Shown here: positions 60,619 to 64,000 of the stretch, in pieces
How the letters are laid out: every line of letters begins with the position of its first letter
Position numbering within the stretch: position 1 is the first letter of the stretch
NCBI GenBank assembly: GCA_965237525.1
Contig: CBDEFO010000007.1
Location: 768,001-832,000 of the forward strand
Direction of reading: 5' to 3'
Source of the DNA: Candidatus Latescibacterota bacterium
Lineage (GTDB): Bacteria; Latescibacterota; CBDEFO01
DNA: 64,000 nt
Program-made: the position numbers and the translations under genes
Notes under the pieces: model-generated
What the model was told of the DNA's origin: nothing
Databases searched by the model: none
The model's input: the letters and a program-made list of their open reading frames with translations, nothing else

Positions 60619-60867
60619 CCCGATTAATTCATAAACTTGGCGGAGTCATTGCGAGGAGCAAAGCGGTCCCCGATTGAGTCTATCGGGGAAGCAATCTCAA
60701 GGTTTTATAGTGGCCTCCTATGAGAGCCGGAGAGTATCACATCTACCACAGAATCGAGATTGCTTCGCCTTCGGCTCGCAATGACACCGAAGGTGGTTAA
60801 ACGGCATAACTATAATATAATACAATGTCTTAATTAATACACGGCCTTTTTTTGTGAATTATTCGGG
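60619..60867. mobile_element. 249-bp MITE-like element
   Basis: Imperfect 17-bp TIRs CCCGATTAATTCATAAA / TTTGTGAATTATTCGGG; CTAA on both flanks; carries two REP-like repeats (60645-60698, 60756-60785). Confidence 0.72.
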
Positions 60868-60923
60868 CTAATTTAAATAGCCATTAATTTAAAAGCCATA
60901 ATCTTATCCAGACTGGAGAAGAT

Positions 60924-61391
60924 TTGATTCCGGGGACCTACATCCTGAACATAAAATTGTCCGATATCTTCGAAGCTGAGATAGGCAAGTTAGGTAAGTT
61001 TCACTTTCCCAAAGGAACCTACCTGTATGCAGGAAGCGCTCTCGGTGGACTTAAGAGCCGACTCTTGCGTCACCTAAGGGGCGGATGTCTGCACTGGCAT
61101 ATAGACCATCTTTTGCTTTGCAGCCATGTAGATGGCGCATGGATTCTCGTATCCGAGCGGAGATTAGAATGCCTTGTAGCCGACACTTTGTCGGAATACT
61201 TCTGGCAACCTGTTCGCTCCTTAGGCTCATCTGACTGCAACTTTTTTTCACATCTGTTCTATGCCCCAGTAAATTCTGATCTTACCGATGAAGTCCCTCG
61301 ACTGCTCAACTTAAGTTTCTCTGATGTTCCCTCTCTACACCTTGCCGCCGACAGATTCAACGACAATGTTCTTGTCGGCGATAAGACGTGA
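60924..61391 (+). CDS. GIY-YIG nuclease family protein (DUF123)
   Basis: GTYIL, YLYAGSA, RL.RHL, HWHID.L, EC and GSSDC..SHL motifs. Confidence 0.85.
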   Translation: MIPGTYILNIKLSDIFEAEIGKLGKFHFPKGTYLYAGSALGGLKSRLLRHLRGGCLHWHIDHLLLCSHVDGAWILVSERRLECLVADTLSEYFWQPVRSLGSSDCNFFSHLFYAPVNSDLTDEVPRLLNLSFSDVPSLHLAADRFNDNVLVGDKT

Positions 61392-61409
61392 TTGCTTCCA
61401 TAGAAAAAA

Positions 61410-63332
61410 GTGACAGATCAACTACCATTACTTAAGAGGATACCCCTAATCTGTGGATTCGGTATCTTTCTATCTTACAGGCTCGTTGGCATTACATACG
61501 CTCAAATTACAGACCTTTCAGAGGACGTATTAGACGCAGACAGTCAATCGGGATACGAAGAGTTAGTTGAGGTCTTAAGCGGCGGACGAATAGACCTCAA
61601 CTTGGTACGGTCACAGGAACTTTCAATCGCACCTTTTCTGTCAGAGCAGGAGGCTCGGCTGATCCTGAGATTCCGCAGGACCAACGGACCGTTTGAAAGC
61701 ACAGATGACCTCTATAAAATAGAAGGTCTGGGAAGAGACACAGCCGAAGCACTCTCCAGATACGGATACGTTTCCGGTATCGCAGCGGACGTTCCGCCTC
61801 AATCGGTCAAAAAACATGGTAAACTAATATCTCGTGTCAGGTTGATCACAAAGGTTTCCGATGATGAATCAGGTTCTTTTTTCAAGTCGTCCAGATTCTA
61901 CCAAAGGACGGAGCTTTCATCGGGACAGGACATAGATGTCCTCATACTTTCTGAGAAAGATCCCAAAGAAGACAGCCCCACGGATTTTGCGGCAGGATAC
62001 ATAGAGATCAAAGACAAGTTCGATCTGGATAAAATTGTCTTGGGGAACTTGAGGCCTGGATTTGCTCAGGGACTGATATTTAGCCGATGGCAGTCGGTCT
62101 TGACGACTTCGGAGTCGGTCAAAAGGAAAGACTCCACATCCGTCGGCTATCGCTCCAGCTTTGAGAACGGAGCCTTAAGGGGCGTATTCGCAAAGAAATC
62201 CCTCCCCAACTTCCAGGGAGCACTCTTTTTTTCATCCTCCAGAATGGACGCTGCTTTGGACAAAGAGGGAAACGTCACACGCATCGACGAAGACGGCGTT
62301 CACGTCTCCGACCTCCAGAAAGAAAGAAAAGACGCCCTTAAGGAAAAACTGACAGGCGCAAGGCTATCTTTTAAGGCAAATAAGGCGTTTAACTTAGGCA
62401 CTACCTTCTCCTTCTCCTCCTTCGATCCGCCATTTCAAAGGGATAATATGGAGAAAAGACGCTTTGCTTTCGAAGGGGATAAACTCCTGCTTTTGGGATG
62501 GGATTTTGATTGGAGAGGAGAGAAACTGAACCTATTCGGAGAATTTGCACTATCGGATGAACCGAGCGCCGCCTACATTTTGGGGGCAGTGGCCGACCTG
62601 GGAGAAATAGACATCAGAGTGTTGGCCAGAAACTATGCTGCAGACTTCCACAGCTTTCACGGTTCGGCCTTCTCGTCCCTGGGCGGAGAAGTCAACAACG
62701 AAAAGGGCATATTCAGCGGGATAAGCTGGGATCTCAACAAAAGGACAAAGATAAGGGCTTTCCTGGATCAATACAGCCGTCCCTGGCGCACCTTTAGCGT
62801 GCCGCTTCCGACCCGGGGGACAAACTCAGGCGCTACAATTAAATATAACCTCTCCAGAACACTAAGATTAAGCTTGCGCTTCAGATCAAAATCCAGCGAG
62901 AACTTTCAAGGAGAAATAGGCATCAGGGATAAAAGGAAGAACAATCTACGCGCAGACGCCGAATGGAGACTGCAGAAGAACTATCTTTTGAAGTGGAGAA
63001 TCGAACTTTCGCGGGCTACGCTTAACGATGGGGAAAAGACCCCCAAAGGCATATCCGTCTTTGGAGAAATCCGCTTTAAGCCCTCGAAACTGCTCCGAAT
63101 CAATACCAGACTCACACTCTTTGATACCGATTCCCGCGATTCGGAGATATATGAGTTCGAGCAGGATCTCCCGGGGCTCGGATTCCCAAGACAGTTGAAC
63201 GGAAGGGGCATCAAGTGGTATCTGATAGGAAAACATAAGCTCAAATGGATGATCCTATCCGGGAAATACCGCATATTCAAACGAGAAACACCGGTCCGTG
63301 AATTTTCCTTTCAAACAGATATAGTCCTGTAG
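61410..63332 (+). CDS. ComEA-like helix-hairpin-helix domain plus outer-membrane beta-barrel-like protein
   Basis: IDLN....EL...P.L, R..NGPF....DL..I.G.G HhH motif, then amphipathic beta strands. Confidence 0.75.
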   Translation: MTDQLPLLKRIPLICGFGIFLSYRLVGITYAQITDLSEDVLDADSQSGYEELVEVLSGGRIDLNLVRSQELSIAPFLSEQEARLILRFRRTNGPFESTDDLYKIEGLGRDTAEALSRYGYVSGIAADVPPQSVKKHGKLISRVRLITKVSDDESGSFFKSSRFYQRTELSSGQDIDVLILSEKDPKEDSPTDFAAGYIEIKDKFDLDKIVLGNLRPGFAQGLIFSRWQSVLTTSESVKRKDSTSVGYRSSFENGALRGVFAKKSLPNFQGALFFSSSRMDAALDKEGNVTRIDEDGVHVSDLQKERKDALKEKLTGARLSFKANKAFNLGTTFSFSSFDPPFQRDNMEKRRFAFEGDKLLLLGWDFDWRGEKLNLFGEFALSDEPSAAYILGAVADLGEIDIRVLARNYAADFHSFHGSAFSSLGGEVNNEKGIFSGISWDLNKRTKIRAFLDQYSRPWRTFSVPLPTRGTNSGATIKYNLSRTLRLSLRFRSKSSENFQGEIGIRDKRKNNLRADAEWRLQKNYLLKWRIELSRATLNDGEKTPKGISVFGEIRFKPSKLLRINTRLTLFDTDSRDSEIYEFEQDLPGLGFPRQLNGRGIKWYLIGKHKLKWMILSGKYRIFKRETPVREFSFQTDIVL

Positions 63333-63517
63333 AACAATAAGAAGGGGGACATTCTGCCTGTTCCTGGTCTGGGGCAGACACGCATGTCTTCACCTGTTGT
63401 CTACCTGTTTTTGTGCAACTTTAGTGAATATGTTCAGTCGTATTACCTAATGATGCATAAGAGTAGATCCTTCTGATTTCCCTAGGACGATTTCAAGGGC
63501 GAAACACCAGTTCAGTA

Positions 63518-64000
63518 ATGAAGACTCTTGCATTAACATTTCTCCTCTGCTCCTTTATTCAACCCTTAAAGTCCGATGTTTACCCCGAAGTTCTCTTCGA
63601 GTGTACCATTATTCCGAAGGAATATAGAGCAGGTAAGCTTCTAATAGAGGCGACAAATGCACAAAATGTTCTTATAATTTTTGGCAAGTTCGCCGGTGAA
63701 GCCCCTTTCGATAATACGGCTCCGTCCTACGCAGAAGATATTCTAGATCCAGACGTTCCGGGCAGCCTCAGCCACTTCTACTCCACCATGTCCTCAGGGG
63801 CCTTTACGATCAAAGGCTCATTCCTGGGAAAGAGGTACTCCTCAAATTCGAAGGCCTCTGATTATGTTTCAGAGACCTCGGAGACTGGTTTCGGAGATTT
63901 CGGACGTTTTGCGCTCGAAGTCCTCCAGAATGTAGATCAAGATCCATCAATCGATTTCGGAGATTACGATAATGATGGCCCCGACGGGATACCTAATTCT
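63518..64000 (+). CDS. M6 (immune inhibitor A)-like metalloprotease, partial; runs off the window
   Basis: Open frame from ATG 63518: signal peptide, SLSHFY..MS.G and IDFGDYDNDGPDGIPNS. Confidence 0.7.
   Translation, partial: MKTLALTFLLCSFIQPLKSDVYPEVLFECTIIPKEYRAGKLLIEATNAQNVLIIFGKFAGEAPFDNTAPSYAEDILDPDVPGSLSHFYSTMSSGAFTIKGSFLGKRYSSNSKASDYVSETSETGFGDFGRFALEVLQNVDQDPSIDFGDYDNDGPDGIPNS

Noticed and set aside
60534..60867. CRISPR array
   Set aside because: The repeats are palindromic, nested and irregularly spaced, with no repeat-spacer periodicity and no cas genes

Overview
A 64 kb bacterial chromosomal segment, most likely from an FCB-associated diderm such as Latescibacterota or KSB1; this is inferred from the 'YPNPFN' C-terminal sorting domains and the cohesin/lamin-tail proteins. 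It appears to span the replication terminus. A canonical 28-bp dif site lies at 20553-20580; genes to its left are almost all on the + strand (G-rich) and genes from there to about 59 kb are almost all on the - strand (C-rich). The left arm carries an ABC permease, AmmeMemoRadiSam B, nikR, folBK, a deoxynucleoside kinase, panBC, frameshifted purN, ruvX, mltG, pcrA, gatC, kdsB-pyrG-kdsA and an ECF sigma/anti-sigma/Spy-like trio. The right arm carries leuS, pnp, rpsO, the rimP-nusA-infB-rbfA-truB-ribF operon, an archaeal-type prenyl synthase, rpoN-lptBAC and several metabolic genes. The standout accessory locus is a pair of large non-catalytic secreted proteins: a ~1874-aa scaffoldin-like protein (5 tandem cohesins, Ig/lamin-tail domains, a dockerin, a sixth cohesin and a T9SS/FlgD-type tail) and an IS-disrupted cohesin/lamin-tail partner. 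Mobile and repeated DNA includes two IS1182-type copies, an unclassified DDE IS next to rpsO, a 249-bp MITE, a GAGATTGC..GCAATGAC REP-like family, a 23-bp palindrome that has inserted in-frame into a protein, and recurring GTAGAC..GTCTAC-closed leader hairpins. A PfkB-KdsD fusion is decayed and split by an IS. No rRNA, tRNA or CRISPR array was seen. All calls are by eye from sequence motifs; no searches were run.
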